Numbered from the stretch's first letter, positions 40,701 to 58,422 are shown. The stretch is DNA of 64,000 nucleotides from the human T2T-CHM13v2.0 reference genome, Homo sapiens (GCF_009914755.1 NC_060928.1); one strand, 5' to 3'. Numbers and translations are program-made. The notes: a model not told the origin generated them from the sequence alone.

Positions 40701-40998
40701 TTTTTAGGAAAGAGAGACATGCTTGGCTTACCTTGAGTAACAGGGGTTTATTGTAAATAAATGAATGTGAGGTTTTAATCCCTAGATGATGAGCCTTCAT
40801 GAAGTCCAGAATGTAACTGGAAGTCATTCAGAGTTACCCAGTATACCACAAATCTCTAGTAATATTTTGCCCTAGCACCTAGCACCAAGCACCAATCATT
40901 GGCGTCCAAATCTGTTTTAATTATTCTTTTTTCTTCAGCTGCAGATGTGCAAATGAATAGTCTTTCCAACATACGTATGACTTCTTGTAATAGCTCCG

Positions 40999-41871
40999 TG
41001 TCAGGGTTCTCAAGACGACCTCTGAATTCAGTGTCTTATTAGGAAAACTCATAAGACTCAGCCCATAGTCCTGCAGCTACTATTTATTTATTTATTAAAC
41101 AGACCTGGTCTCCCTCTGTTGCCCAGCCTGGACCGCAGTGGTACAATCACAGCTCACTGCAGCCTTGAACTCCTGGGCTTAAGCAATACTCCCACCTCAG
41201 CCTCCCAAAGAGCTAAGATCACAGGTGCATGTCACCGTGCCTGGATAATTAAAAAAAACAAGCAAAAAATCCCCACTTTTTTAGAGGTGGAGTCTTGCTG
41301 TCTTGCTATGTTGCCCAGGCTCATCTCGAACTCCTGGCCTCAAGCAATCCTCTGCCCTTGGCCTCCCAAAGCACTGGGATTATAGGTGTGAGTCAATGTG
41401 CTTGGCCTACAAATACAATTTATTAAAAGGATTCAGAGCAAAATTAGCAAAAGAAAAGATGCATGGGGTAAACTCTGGAGGAAGCCAGGTACAAGCTTCC
41501 AAGGGTTCTCTCCTAGAGAAGTCACACAGGATGCCCTTCATTCCCCCGGCAATGAGTTGCAACAACGTGTGAAATGTTGTCTGCCAGGGGAGCTTGTGGG
41601 AGACTCAGTACCCGGGATTTTGACTGGAGAATGCTCACATGGCAGCCTCTGCCTGAGACACACCAAATTCCAGAGTCCCAGAAGGAAAGCAGATGTTCAG
41701 CATCACTATGTTGTTTGCACAGTTTTGGCACAGTGACCCATTATGAGTCTGGGTGGAGGGAACCTTCTCAAAATCCAGGCTGCCAGATGTCAGCTAAGGG
41801 CCAAACTTCTGTGTAAGACTTTCAAATAATTGCTTGCAGTCAGGCCTAGCACATTAAGTCTTCTCTGCAAA
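40999..41871 (-). mobile_element. MER77 (ERVL LTR) interrupted by AluJ
   Basis: CCAAATTCCAGAGTCCCAGAAGGAAAGCAGATGTTCAGCAT, GTCACACAGGATG and terminal TCTTCTCTGCAAA are colinear with MER77. Confidence 0.88.
41081..41407 (-). mobile_element. AluJ
   Basis: CACAGCTCACTGCAGCCTTGAACTCCTGGGCTTAAGCAAT; (TTTA)n tail. Confidence 0.95.
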
Positions 41872-42559
41872 GTCTGCTGGTGCTGTTTCTCCCATTTCCC
41901 CTTTTTCTTCCTGTATACTTCATGATTGCTGTTTATTTAGATCTTCTGCCATTTCCTAAATTCTACTGACTTCTGTGCCCTCTGCCACCCTTTATCTGTA
42001 AGTCTCCTCTTGAAACCACTTGAAGAGAGATTCTAAAAGGTCCCTTGGTGCCCCTGGCCCCTGTGAGGCAGAGCTCCAGCTAGTAACCCCTCAGAGGCCT
42101 GTGGCAAGCCTGGGAGTTGTCCATGCTTGGTCCAACCAGCTGCAATTAGAAATATAGAATCAGGTGTTGAATTTTGCTCAAAATATTTGTTGAGCATGCC
42201 AAGCTCTCGGGTAATAATAGACTCCTTTCCAAATAACAACATGCTTTATGCAGGGACCAAGAATAGAGAGAGATGACAGTTAAATTTACCCAGAATTGGG
42301 GGATGATTGGCATGTGACAAAATGTCACTGAATTATTGAAAGTTAACAATCCCAGAGCACAGGCTTGAGAAGAACAGAAATGTCATAATCACCAGGCCAA
42401 TTCGTCTTTTAAAAACTTTTCTTAGAACATACGCTTTACTAGTTTTTAGTTATCTACTAATTATAACCCAAATTTGTTGCTCTTTCTTTATCCCTCTCTG
42501 TATTATCATGCACTTAATTTCTGGTCTTTTCTTTTTGAACACAACTTTACCCAAAAGTC

Positions 42560-42948
42560 AAATAGAATTATTCATTATTCCCCAGAGAACATTTGGAGCT
42601 CTTGAGTCTAGGGAATTCTATCTGAGCAGAATGCCATTTGCTGGATTACTACTCACCTCTCACCATCTAGTTCAAATGGCACCTCTTCCAAGAAGCTTTC
42701 TGCAATCATCCCCAAACTGAGTTTACTTTTCCCTCCTTTGTGGACAAATGTGTGGTATGAAACAGGACATCAAGCGTGTGCTCCTCCAAATACGTCTAGC
42801 TCCTTCCATTCAACCAAAAGCTCTTTTTGAGTGTGAATAAAGCTTTATTCCTTGTTCTGTTTTTCTTAGATAAAAGCATATTAAAACATTTTAACATATT
42901 ATTTTGCATGGAGAGTCAGCCAATTTGTTTGAATAAATGAATAAATGA
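42560..42948 (+). mobile_element. L2 3' region
   Basis: AGTTCAAATGGCACCTCTTCCAAGAAGCTTTC...TTTGTTTGAATAAATGAATAAATGA. Confidence 0.7.
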
Positions 42949-45496
42949 CTCTGTCAGTATGCCATGAACCAGCATTATTTCGCTGTTAAACTTTCCTTTC
43001 AATTGTAAGAACTGCATTGGATCAATTATATTGTGTTTTTTTAAATTTACTTATTGAAACTGGATGTCAAATAACTTTTGCAAGTTAAACACTAATAAGA
43101 GGGAAACATTTGCAGTGAAAATGTTAACTCTTCCTTCTGTCCTCACGGCACCTACTACATATTCCAGTTTCATGGCCAGCCTGGGTATTTTTGACAGCAG
43201 TTGCATTACTTTTACAAGTACCATCAAAATGTGTTATTCTTGATCCAGTTCTGTCATGTAAAGGTCACATTATCAGATGCATGAGAAATGCCTAGCACAG
43301 AACTGCTGGAGACCCTGGCAAACATTCGTGCTTCTGCTTGATTTGCAAACTGGGAAAATGTCTTTCTGCCCCATAGGTTTTGTTTTAGTCAATGATCATA
43401 TTTCAGAGATAAAATATGAAACAAAAATCAAGGCATTTGACTGTAAAAAGGCCAATTTTATTGTGCTTTGCTCTCAAAGAGTGGCATGTGCAAATTATAA
43501 AGCCCTATAGAATGGAACTTATTGATCATACTACTAAAATATTTGTATGCCACCATATTTAGAAAACCTTTCAACATTATCCCCATAGAGGTGGTGTGGT
43601 CTTGCCTGAGTTAATTACTTTAATGATTGGTGTGTATATATGTGTGTACAGGAGAAACGGGGGAGTGAAATTATCTGGATGTCAAAGTAGTGAAAATAAT
43701 AAAATATGACATGTGCTTTGATAGATCAGAATGCTTTGATCTCATGCTTCTTCTTGTAATATTGAACTGAATGAGTATAATAGGACAAATTTTGAGTTTT
43801 TAACAGAAGTGCAGTACTTCCTTCTATAAAGAAAATGAAACCTATTGTCTATGAATGAAGTCTATGTCTAAAAATTGTCATTAGGGCAGCAACTACTTTT
43901 TCAGTTTTTTAGGGTTCTTAGTGCCTGGTGCAGCACATGTTCATTAGTGTTCTCCTGATTAGACCTCTGTCTCTCATCTCACCTAGGTTATAGGCGTGGA
44001 TGATTACAAATAAGATTTTTCTGTTGAAAATTGACGTGTGAAAACCCTACATAATATGAGACTTCTCTCTCCACCCCAACACGCTGTGCCTGGCCTGGAG
44101 GTTAGCATCCCTGGATTTCACCCATTGGATGATTATAGTACAGCCAAACATTGCACCCACAAAATTGCATTTCAACACATTTTCAAAAGACCCCAGGTGC
44201 ACCACTGGACCCCAGGGGCATTACTGCTTCTGTTGAGAACCTTGAATTCGATACCTTTATTTTATCACAGAATCTCATGCCTACCCCGCCTCATGATAGC
44301 CCTCTATATGTACTAGCTTTGCCTATGTGTCTGTAAAGATTTTGTTTTCACTGGTTTTTATCTATCTTATTAGTTGATAAATCCTGAAGGAGTAACTATT
44401 AATTCCAAGCATCTAATGCCATGTAAAATGCCCTGTGGCCACTCCACAAACAGTTGACTGATTTATATCAAACTAAGAATTGGAATAGCCATGATTTGAC
44501 TAGTAGCTTAACACATGCTTGAAAGGATGATTAGACTATATAAAATGTAAACATTTCCGGATTCTTCAAACACTGGTGATAACTAACCAGCTCTTCTTTG
44601 GATTGCATTTCATGACACTTGAATATTGACATTCCTGGATGTGTGACTATTCTGTCCTTGTTGCTATGGGCCATCTCCAGGGAGAGAATTCCTGTAGTAC
44701 TCTTCACAGTGTAAACTGATAAGTAGAGGGGTCATCCAATTAGTTCTCATGACTTCAGGCAGAACTATACCTCAACTGTCATGAGTTCCTAACAATCTTC
44801 AGAGAAAGAGATTCTACAACACCCAAAAATACCCAGACAAGTGCCTAACAGTCGCTTATGTCCAGAATTTATCCTACCTCTCTCCTACTCAAAAATACAC
44901 TTTTAATTTAAAATTATCTGTTTTTCTTTTAACATGATTGCAGAATAGCAAACTTGAATCAAGATTATTCATATAAAACAACTAATGAGTTTCAAGATGT
45001 TTACACACCCCTAGTTGTTAAATTTCATTGTATTGAAGAGATGAGGAATAACTTTTCCCATCCTAGTCTCACCTAGTCTCAAATTAAAACAAAGTGCATT
45101 GAGTTATTGTGGCTTTTTAATCTGTACAACTGCCTTCTGTTCTACCTATTACCATTTATTGAACAGCCACTTACTGAGCATTCCCCATGAAATAAACCCA
45201 GTGCGAAGTTCTGGGAAGTTAGTGTTACTAAAAATACGTTCAACTTTCAAGGGCCAGGTCTAGAGGCAAATGATAAATATGCTTAAAAATGTATTATCAA
45301 ATTAGATCAAAAAGTACTCAGTCACATTTATCAAAAGTACTCAGTAATATTAATGTGCGCATTAAATAGAACTCAGCATCTATGATAGCAATCAGCAACA
45401 ATCCATCCCTGCCAATTCACCCATTCATTCATTCATCTAACAAATACTTATTTCTGTATTTTGTTTCAGGCCTGAATCCTGGAATCCCAATAGTGA

Positions 45497-47148
<1,652 letters not shown>

Positions 47149-47309
47149 ATAAAAAAAAGTGAAAACTGATTGCAAATGCAAGAATATTTTTGATACTGAA
47201 ACATTTTTGTACGTTCCCATCTGATGGCTTCTATTTTCTCTAAGAATTTAGTAGCCAGTGTATCTGCTGAGACTGACGAGAAAAGAAGCCGAACTAATAA
47301 GTGCTTTAA

Positions 47310-47618
<309 letters not shown>

Positions 47619-47646
47619 AGTCAAAAAGATCTGAAGTATGAGTTGA

Positions 47647-47990
<344 letters not shown>

Positions 47991-49213
47991 TGTAATAGGA
48001 TTTTTTTAAGTAACAATGAGGGTCTAGCTGAGGTTAGCTATACTGACTTCATTTTAGTATTAATCCAGATGAGCTTGGTTATTCTGAATAGGTTATCATT
48101 AATAATGTATTTTTGTTTTATTTCCTCCAATTAAACTCAGCTGCCTAGAGGCAGGCAGGGAGGAAGTGGGTATTTGGTTTCAGGTGAGTCAGAGGAATTA
48201 CCAAAGGTAAAAGAAGCAAGGAAGTTTAGATCTTTGGCAAAAGGACTTATTGAATGGATCATGGAATGTAACCTGAATAGAGAGGATGGAAATAAAGAGG
48301 GCAACTAATACATGGAGAGAAGATAGAAATATTTGTGGACTGGGGTCTTTAGAAAGTTGAAGAATGGTCGTGATGGGAGTAGCTGAATAATCAAACTGTA
48401 AAGCCTAGAAAATTGTGATTAGAAAATGGAATGCTTGAGTCAGTGGTTTTATTAATAGAGCAATTTCAGTAAAGACAAAATTCTGGCTGTATCCATGCAA
48501 GAGGATAATAGAGGAGAGAAAGTCACTGAATATGTACTTTAATTGACTGCTGAATTATAAAATAATCAAGAATTATTTTGAATTATAAAATAATTGAGAA
48601 TAAGAATAATACTATACTCTTTGGCACATGGAATAGATTGAATGATATATACACATTGAATCGAATTGTATTAACTTTAACAAATCGACTTTAATTTGAT
48701 TTTATAAACATTATCAATTGTTATGGCATTAGCATTTTGGTATATAGGTTCTTTCTGATTATCACAATGCTCTAACACTCTTCAAAATTTAGATATTTTC
48801 CATTTTCTACATTGTAAAAAAATAGAGAAAAACCTCTTATGACTTTTAATTCTTTAACCTGAGGAAATTATTTCATGTGCTTAGTTTGTATTCAGAATAA
48901 TAAAAATGATGACAGAAATGGCAATGAAACAACCAAACTTATTTCCCTAATTATACATTTATAATAGGTAAAAATAAACAACTCTTTTGTAGAAGAGACA
49001 TAGGTTCTATATGTGACTGAGAGTAACTGCAATTAGGCAGTAGTGGCGCTATTAAGAAATCATTATACCTATTATTATAATATACTGTGGGAAAGAAGTA
49101 CTTGTATTATGGACTGTCTATCAGAATTACTACTATTATTCCATTATTGGCAGAGAAAAACAGTCCCAAGTCCCATCAAAAAGTCTTTGTGTTCTATTCT
49201 ATAACTTCCAGTT

Positions 49214-49215
<2 letters not shown>

Positions 49216-49274
<59 letters not shown>
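49216..49274. repeat. (AC)29 microsatellite
   Basis: Uninterrupted run read directly. Confidence 0.97.
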
Positions 49275-49276
<2 letters not shown>

Positions 49277-49350
49277 TATATGAACCAGACTGCGCATTGA
49301 TCTACTGTAGGTAAAACAGTCACTGTCTAGGTAACATTTTTATTAGATAA

Positions 49351-49691
<341 letters not shown>

Positions 49692-50610
49692 TAATGATTT
49701 TTAAGAGTGAAAAATTATAAATATGTGCTCATCTAATTTTCATAGTAATCGTTCACTTAGAGGCTAGCTTATTTAAGATATTCATATTTAACCAAGATTT
49801 TTTAAAGTTTTAGTTGAAAATTATGTCAAGATAAGAAACGTATAACAAACTTAGTGGGCAAATATCGAAAGAGTCAAAATAAAAATCTCCCCTATGACTG
49901 CCTGTAGTTGTGTCATTTTGGTGGCCAAAAGGACACTTTTTCACGTTTCTCATAAATTGAATTTCAGATGCATCAGGGATAGTAGCAGTTGTTGTTGATG
50001 GTTAAAATTAGGTTAATTGCTTGGTTTGAGCTGTGATTGTCAACATGGGTTTTCTCAATTTCCTTCCAAAACATTAATAATTTTTCATGATTTGTATTCA
50101 CAGCCTTATTGATCGCATTTATCCATGATCCCCCTAGTTCCACCCATATGCCTCCTACAAAATAAAAACTAAAAAATATCCTGGAAAGAATTACTTATCA
50201 GCTATAGAACATGTATGCCAACTCTCCAACTCAGAATTTGAAAATTATTATAAAGGCTCACTTGCCTTTGACAGAGTTGGAAATATTTGAGATAGCTTAA
50301 TGAAACAGTTTTAATGTATGCCATTGCATTATATGAATATGAGACTAATATTTTGTGCAGCAAGCTGAAATGCTTTTCACTGTCAACTAGTATGGTGTTT
50401 AATCACAAAATAATAAACCCAAATAGGTCTGTTTCGGGTAAATAAAAATAATCTGTTTTCATAGCATTTCTCATTAAGCCTTTCAAAGTTTATGTGAAAA
50501 TTTTAATAATCTCCCTTCTATGTTACAAATATGAAAAATAGAAGAACAGGTTGAATAACCCACACAACAGCTTACAGCTTTCAATCAAGATGGTGTAGTT
50601 ACCAGTCAAA

Positions 50611-50642
50611 ATGTGTGTACACACACACACACACACACACGT
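50611..50642. repeat. Alternating purine-pyrimidine tract ATGTGTGT(AC)11GT
   Basis: Read directly from the sequence. Confidence 0.9.
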
Positions 50643-50779
50643 CATGTATATAGGATTACTTTCTCTTAAATTTTTTAGTCCAGATATTTAATTCTATTCC
50701 TCATACTATACAACACAGTAATGGAAGAAGGTCATCAACTGTGTGGAAAGAAATGTTGAGAAAAAAAAATTCCTCTGGC

Positions 50780-51170
50780 CAAGCGAAAGAACCATTCCAC
50801 TAACACTGTTTAAGTTATCTTTCAATATGCTGTGGGGCCCGATAATGTCCATTTAAAGGCCTGCGAAATATATAGGCAAAGTCGGATTCGGTTCAGCAAG
50901 CAGAATGTGGATGGATGTCCCCCTCAGCCACCGCAGGTGATTCCAAATCATTGCATAGGCTGTAGGGACTTCGGCTATTGTTACTGCTTCTTTTAAGCAA
51001 AACAAAACTGGTGATTAAATGTACAAAAGATCCTTCCTAAAGAGCTTTCTTTCAAAGAGATACCTAGCAGGGCATGTATCAGCCCTAAGCCATTGTTGAA
51101 AACCTCCTGGAAATGGTATTTATGGCAAAATAAACAGTATCTGCCTCACCGCAGTGATACTAGTGAGGAA
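50780..51170. promoter_or_regulatory. Candidate conserved non-coding element / enhancer
   Basis: No recognisable TE; 7 CpGs in ~200 bp against a depleted background; HOX/CDX-like TTTATGGC and forkhead-like TAAACA motifs. Confidence 0.4.
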
Positions 51171-52729
51171 AGCTCTAGCAAAAAGCATGTGACAGACAAG
51201 GTTTTAAGTAAAGACATTTTAATTTTTGTGATATGATGACAGCCTAAGCCTTTTGACATCCTAATATTCTGATCATGTTTCCTGTCTAGAATATCATTAT
51301 CCCTGGGCAGGCAAGGGGTTATGAACTGCACAAATTAGAAGGTTATTTCATCCACTCAGCACAGAAATATGGTCTCCATCTTACTGTGTTAAGTGTGCAT
51401 TTTTGAACAGTCAATAAAAAGCAACCTGTCCGTCAGGTTTAAATTAAGAACGCTGTAGATAATGTGTATCATTTTTAATTTTTTAAGTAATCAGGTAAAT
51501 CTTTTAAAATATGTTTCTGCCTCCACTCAGTTAGCCAAAGTTGTCCATTCCGGGTTGTAGGGAGTTAAGGGGTACAACAAATATGTGCTGATCAACTGAT
51601 AAATATCACTGAGGCTGAAAAAAAGCCACCTCAATAGAACCAGAGAAAGATGAGCACAGTTAGGATATTTCCTCTTTCTCTGGGCTCGATGCAGCTCCCT
51701 GAGAAGTTTTTTAAACTTTATAATCATTTTAAACAGTGCTCAGATTGGCTTTATAAATATTTGAAATTTTCAAGAGAGTTTGGATCTTTTCAGCTCTCCT
51801 ATTTTTACATTACTGCTAACACGGCTAAAATCACTAGCCAAATAGCTATTTTTTCATGTACTAGTACATATCACAATATTTTTAAGATTGATATGAGAAA
51901 GCCACAGACATGCATCGCTAGTAATGTTCCAGAATTTATGTGTTTTTAAATATATGCTGCCCCAGGAATATATAATTGTTTTGAAACCTTTGATGAATTC
52001 ATTCCCTTTCAGTTCCTTGGAAAACAATTGAAGTTAGATTATTGCTCTTTTTAAATGATTTTGTACTCAAATGTTCTTTAAAATTATAAATAACTTCATA
52101 ACAATTGATGACTCCGCAGACTCTAAAATATAGGGCTATTAAACTACCATAGCCTTTTTTTTTGATTCATAGATTTATCAGATAATAACTGGAGGGCTGG
52201 TGCCACTAATGTACGTTTACTAAAAACACTAGCGTCAAAGATTATGGACAAAAAAGTCATTAATGCAATTATACTTCCATCTCATATTTTTGTGATTAAG
52301 TGCATGAACCAAAAAATAACTATCTGCCTTATCATTAATATCCCTGCCTAATGAAGTGTGTCTGAAGTATTTTATTTTTAATTCTCTAGCTTATTTAATT
52401 TAGGGACTAAAACACACAATATGCATACCTAAAAGCATTTCTAGTTACAGTACTTCATCACTGACATCCCGGGTACCAATTCTGTGTCCTATTTAGCATT
52501 TGATATCAACCTGGTTGCTTTTTAATAGAAGAGCTGGGCAGCCCATATACAACTGCTAGTGTGGCAACCTCACTATTTTGGAAAGTAAGAGAGAGAGAAT
52601 GAAAGAAAACAGAGAAGACTAGTGGGTACTTTAGGCTAGTAACCTTTTAGCATGGTCTACATGAGGCAGAGGGCATAATATATGTCCTGACCTTCCAGAA
52701 CAGACAGAGCACACATTAGTCTTCATTCT

Positions 52730-53325
52730 AAAATTCTTCTTTCATTTTTCTGTATAGTACCCTCCAAATGATCTTTCTCAAAAATCTTTTCATGTGATGA
52801 TGTTAATATAACATAAAACTCATATGTAACTTTGTCACTGGTATGCTTCTATGTGCCCCAGTCCCTACAGAATTTAGTCTTAAACCCCTTTGTAAGATAT
52901 GCATGAATTGGCCCTATTTATGTCTCCAGCCCTGTCCTAACACTGGCTATGTCCCAAACCGCACTTTAATGGCAGCGAGACACATAGCATTCTTTCATAC
53001 CCTCTCTGAGCGTGTGTACTTGCTGTTTAGTCTATTGGCAAGACCATTGCATACCTAGTCTGAAAAGCTCAGCTCAAACATAAGCCCCGGGACCCAGCTG
53101 CAGCTCACCAGTGTGTTCAGCATCAATCTATGCAGACTCCATCATGTCAGTTTCCATTTACCAAAATGGCCTGTGAAAGTATTTGCCTCCTCCAGTAGAA
53201 TATAAGGTGCTCAATGTCAAGACTGTCTTATTCGTCTTTCAATTCTAGATGCCTTGGTTAGCATAGAGGTTAGCTCAGTGCCTGGTTGCCAGTACGTACT
53301 CAATTAATGTTTGCTGGATTCAACC
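52730..53325 (+). mobile_element. L2 3' region
   Basis: AAAGCTCAGCTCAAACAT...GACTGTCTTATTCGTCTTT...CAGTGCCTGG...GTACTCAATTAATGTTTGCTGGAT. Confidence 0.75.
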
Positions 53326-53574
53326 ACTACCCACTCTCAAGGAGAGATACATTTATATTGCACTTATGCTATCTATATCCTATTTCTCCAATTCTTTAAT
53401 GCTTAGACTTGTTCCTTTAGCAGCATATGTATTATCTTATTTGATTTGTTCAGTACTTCTACATATTAACCAGACCACTGTCACTACATATCGGGGAAGG
53501 AAACAAAGAAAAAAGATACAATTTGCTACCGGAAATCACCAGTCAGCACAAAGCTATAGTGAGCTCTTAAGCCT

Positions 53575-53664
53575 GTCTCTCTCTTTTTCTTCTCTTCTTT
53601 CCCCTGTCTTCTCTCTTCCTTCTTGTTCTCTTCCTTCCCTCCCTCCCTTCTTTTCTCACTCCCC
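53575..53664. repeat. Polypyrimidine/polypurine tract
   Basis: About 90 nt almost entirely C/T on the + strand. Confidence 0.9.
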
Positions 53665-56030
53665 ACACCAGAAAGGGATAATGATGGTGCCCAGATCGGT
53701 CTAGAACCCTGATAACTATTTCTTGAAGGATGGCAGAGGCTCCAGCCCAACGTTTACCCACCCTCTTCCCCACCCAAGTGGACGCACACTGCTCCTAACA
53801 TACCAAGTATTACATTCGGTGGCAGTTGCAGTTTGGAAACTACGCCTACCTAGAAACATTTTGAAATGCCAAGTTGTTTTAAACTTGTATGATTAATTCA
53901 AATAATAACCTTTCACTAATACCATCAGCTCTTGATTGTTCACAAGCCATTCTGGAAGGTGTGAGCACCCTGCTCATCATCCCTCCCCCCAGCCGCCTCT
54001 AGGCACTGTGGCTGCTCTGCCAGAGGGAGGGCCTTGGAAAACAAAGAGCTGCGACTTCAAATCAATCCATTGTTCCACATGTTATCAGCCCTGAAAAAGG
54101 CTTTGCGGAGAAAAATGTTGCAATTCCAGTTTAAAATATGGTTTGGGAATTACAGTGGAATTTATCTATACGCTTACAATTGCTGATTCCTGCATGCAGT
54201 CAGGAGGTAAACACAAAGGTGGTGATAGAAAAAAAAAAAAAGGCTATGTCAATAGTCACAGACCTTTAATTATTTTAACGTTTGATCTATTTTTAGTTCT
54301 AAGCAATCTGTAGATATCTCTTTTAAAATTCTTTCGAAATTTTTCTTTAAAAGACATAAATGTGGCTTTGAATCCTCTGATTTAAAAACAAAAACAACAA
54401 AAAAAAAACGCTCACTGAATTTGGTTGAGGGTTTCTTGAATTATTGAGCCCTGACCTAGGAAAATAATCAAGTATTAAAACAAAAGAAGACGTCATATCT
54501 TATCTGGGCTCTTCCTCTGTCTTTAAAATAAAGAAACAGTTTGAGAGAGATGATGAGACCTGCCCCTGGTCAGAGGGTCAGACACTCCTTGCTCTTAAGT
54601 CCTGCTCTGGTCAGGGTCAGCTCCTGGAAGAACTGAAATGGGAGCTACGGTGTCCACTTACTTCTGAACTGTTTGAATATTGCAGAATCAACTGTATTTT
54701 AGTATTCTGACCAATACATTAAATTTAAGCAATATCATGTTATCCATAATTGTCTCTTTCTTATCAACGTCTTTGTAAAACATTATATTTCCTTGGGAAA
54801 ATGTTGCATATTTATTCAGGTCTGTTACACAGAATAGATTGTACAGGTGCAGTTTGGCCAATTATTGTAACTGTTTTCTTCAGAGTCTTTTCTGCTTTAC
54901 TCATCACGCTCACTAGGAAACAGTCATTCCTTTTTCACTGTTTCTTTTATACCCAGGCTTCCATATATTACCTTGAAATCCTAAATACGTTCCAAGGCTC
55001 CCCCCATGTCCAGCTGATCAGGTGTTAGAGCAAATGTTAATGTTGGTATCCTTGTTCTTTTGGAGAAATGATGATGTGCCAAATGCTAGCAAGTTGAAAG
55101 TGCTTAGATATGCAGAACTAAATATTTTCTGCAAGGATAGCTCTCTCTTTAAATCTTACCCATAGCACTTTTATTTCCTATATCCATCCGGCAGTAATTT
55201 TCCAGGAGAAATATAAATCCTACAATGAATTCATTTGTTACATTGGTTGTTCTAAAACAAAAAACAATACCTAATAGAAATAATATGAAAAGTTCTGTTT
55301 CACTTTATGAAGGAATTTTAGCCCAAATCATTATTAGCCTGGAACTATTATTAGCATGGAATTCTGCAATGATGGGTAGTAGTAGTAATTATGCTTTTTT
55401 TTTTTTTTTTTTTTTTACTTTTCTATGATTTCTCCACACAATTCAGTGTGTAAAGTACAAATTTAGCTTCCGTTTTTTTTCTCTTAGATACTTTGAAAGA
55501 TAGTAAAATGATTCTTAAATTACTATATTTTATCATTGGAATTATTCTCAATTTCAGTGGCAAAACTGTCTCCCAAACTAAGCTAATTGTAGCTATCGCA
55601 GGGACTTTTTCCTCTAACATGTACCAAGTTCCTCTCCACCAAAGTCAACAAAGGTAAGGTGCTATTCCTCCTGCTATCAATGTTATGTTTAATCCTGGGT
55701 CTGCCACTATGCCAAGTACAGTATAAATGAGGACTCTGGGATATTTTGTGGGCAGGATATTCCCCAGTGGTTGAATATTGCTAGAGAAATATCAAGAAAT
55801 ACAATTTTTTGGTTCTCAGCTGTAAAGAAATCATGGCAAATTTGAGTGTCCAAACCTTTTTATTGATCCAGTATTGCTGGCAATGCATCTAGAAAGAAGT
55901 TCCCCTGCAAAAGATTGATTTGGGAAAGAGTGGAAATGCTGACACCAGGAGAGTTGATTGCCACAATTTTTAAGCTTTTTACTTTTAAGTGATTACATTT
56001 ACAGTTTATGAACAAAACCTAAAGTTATAT

Positions 56031-56368
<338 letters not shown>

Positions 56369-56484
56369 TAACAAATGAGGGTAGTAATTTTTTATCTGCT
56401 AAAACTTATATTTATATCACATACTTGTTGCAATGATTTCAGTGTCTACATAAATGGTGGCTAAAAGATGAATTGTTCTTTATA

Positions 56485-56562
56485 AGGTCTTGCTATCTTG
56501 CCCAGGCTGGCCTCAGCTTCCTGAGTAGCTGAGAGTATAGAAGCACACCACCATGCCCAGCT
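56485..56562 (-). mobile_element. Internally deleted Alu monomer fragment (FLAM/FRAM-like)
   Basis: GGTCTTGCTATCTTGCCCAGGCTGG joined directly to CCTCAGCTTCCTGAGTAGCTG. Confidence 0.8.
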
Positions 56563-58004
56563 CAAGAGAAATAATTATATGCTTTGTGTTTGAATAGCTA
56601 CAGGAATATTCAAGAGAAGCATTTCAAGCAATAATGTCTTGCCCCTGTCAGTTTCCTTTTCTAAATGGGGCAAGAGGACTCTTGAAGGTAGGGCAAGAAT
56701 ACTATTAGCCCATGGAGAACCAATCAGAAGGCTTTGACTGGAAAACTCCAGTCAGCACCCCAAGCTGCATGGCAGGCTAGCGGATGTTGTAAAATCACTT
56801 TTACTTCCCAATCTCATCTTTCAGCAAGATGATAAAAAGCAGAAGTAGAGAAAAAATCTAACTATGATCCTACTTGATGGAACTTCAGGGAAATATCTTC
56901 CCCCCATCTATTTCTGAGGATGAATACGGCAAAACCATTAGTGTGATGGGCTTAGCCAAAACCACAGTACTCACTTCTAAATACAGTCTATAGCTAAGAC
57001 TTATTTATATGAATTTTCAAAGAATGAACAAAATGCTTTCTTTTTAATGTTTCCCTACTGCTCCTGAAAATAAATGACTCTGCCAAGATTTGCAGTGGTG
57101 CTATCCATACCCCAATGATAGGTGCTTTGTTGAACTGCCTCACTTGCTGGCATAATTTCCAAAAGTTAGGCTTCTAAGCATAAAATATTCTATGTTAGTC
57201 CTGAATATTTTGCAGTGTGAGACAAGTTGGGTACAATTTATGCTGTAGTGTGTCCTACAGCAACTGAGATGTCATGTTGCACAACGCTGAAGGTGAATCT
57301 GCAGTCATTGATTGTATACCTTTACTGTAGGTTACTTTTACCTTTAATGTCGTTAAATTTTCCATCACCTCTGAGGAATTATTTGCATATATTTAACAGA
57401 ATGCAGATCTGGTCACATTTGTTTCTAATGTCTAATTAGATGTGAAGGAACCTTGACTTTAATATTATGCTCTAAATTTAACTCCGGTGAACTGTGACTG
57501 AAAATGATATTACAGTCTATTAGGTATGGTCTGGAAAAATAAGCGTGTAATTTGTAGTATTATTATTACAACCCCTTTTACTGCATATGTTTCAAACACT
57601 ATTATAAAATGAATGTCACTACCATTACAATTTTGACATTTTAAATGAAACTGGATGAGGAGTCATAAAATTTAAATAAAAGAATATTCCATACTATTAA
57701 AGTTAAGGCCTATTCATTTCCCCATAAACTTGAAAGTCTGTATTTAATCTGTTTAGCTAGTTAACTAATCAGTTTTTGTTAATGCTGTGGCTGATAATTT
57801 TGCATGCTATATGAAGCACTTCTTATTTTGTGAAGATTAACCATTAAATGTTAATTGGCATTCACAATTTAACAGTAATCTCCTGCACAACAGACTCGCA
57901 TTTGCAACTTTTAAGTGTTAAAATATGAAAATATCATATTTTAAAGAACCCCAAAACATTCCTTAGGTAACAGTTATACCAGAAATGATACTATTTTCAC
58001 CTTA

Positions 58005-58422
<418 letters not shown>

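Noticed and set aside
43100-44830. Several coding-looking frames and splice-like sites
   Set aside because: Multiple frames on both strands look equally plausible, all with stops; nothing recognisable
53366-53704. 112-aa ATG-initiated ORF with a hydrophobic N-terminus
   Set aside because: No recognisable domain; the Ser/Leu/Pro/Phe-rich half is simply the pyrimidine tract; no promoter or splice support
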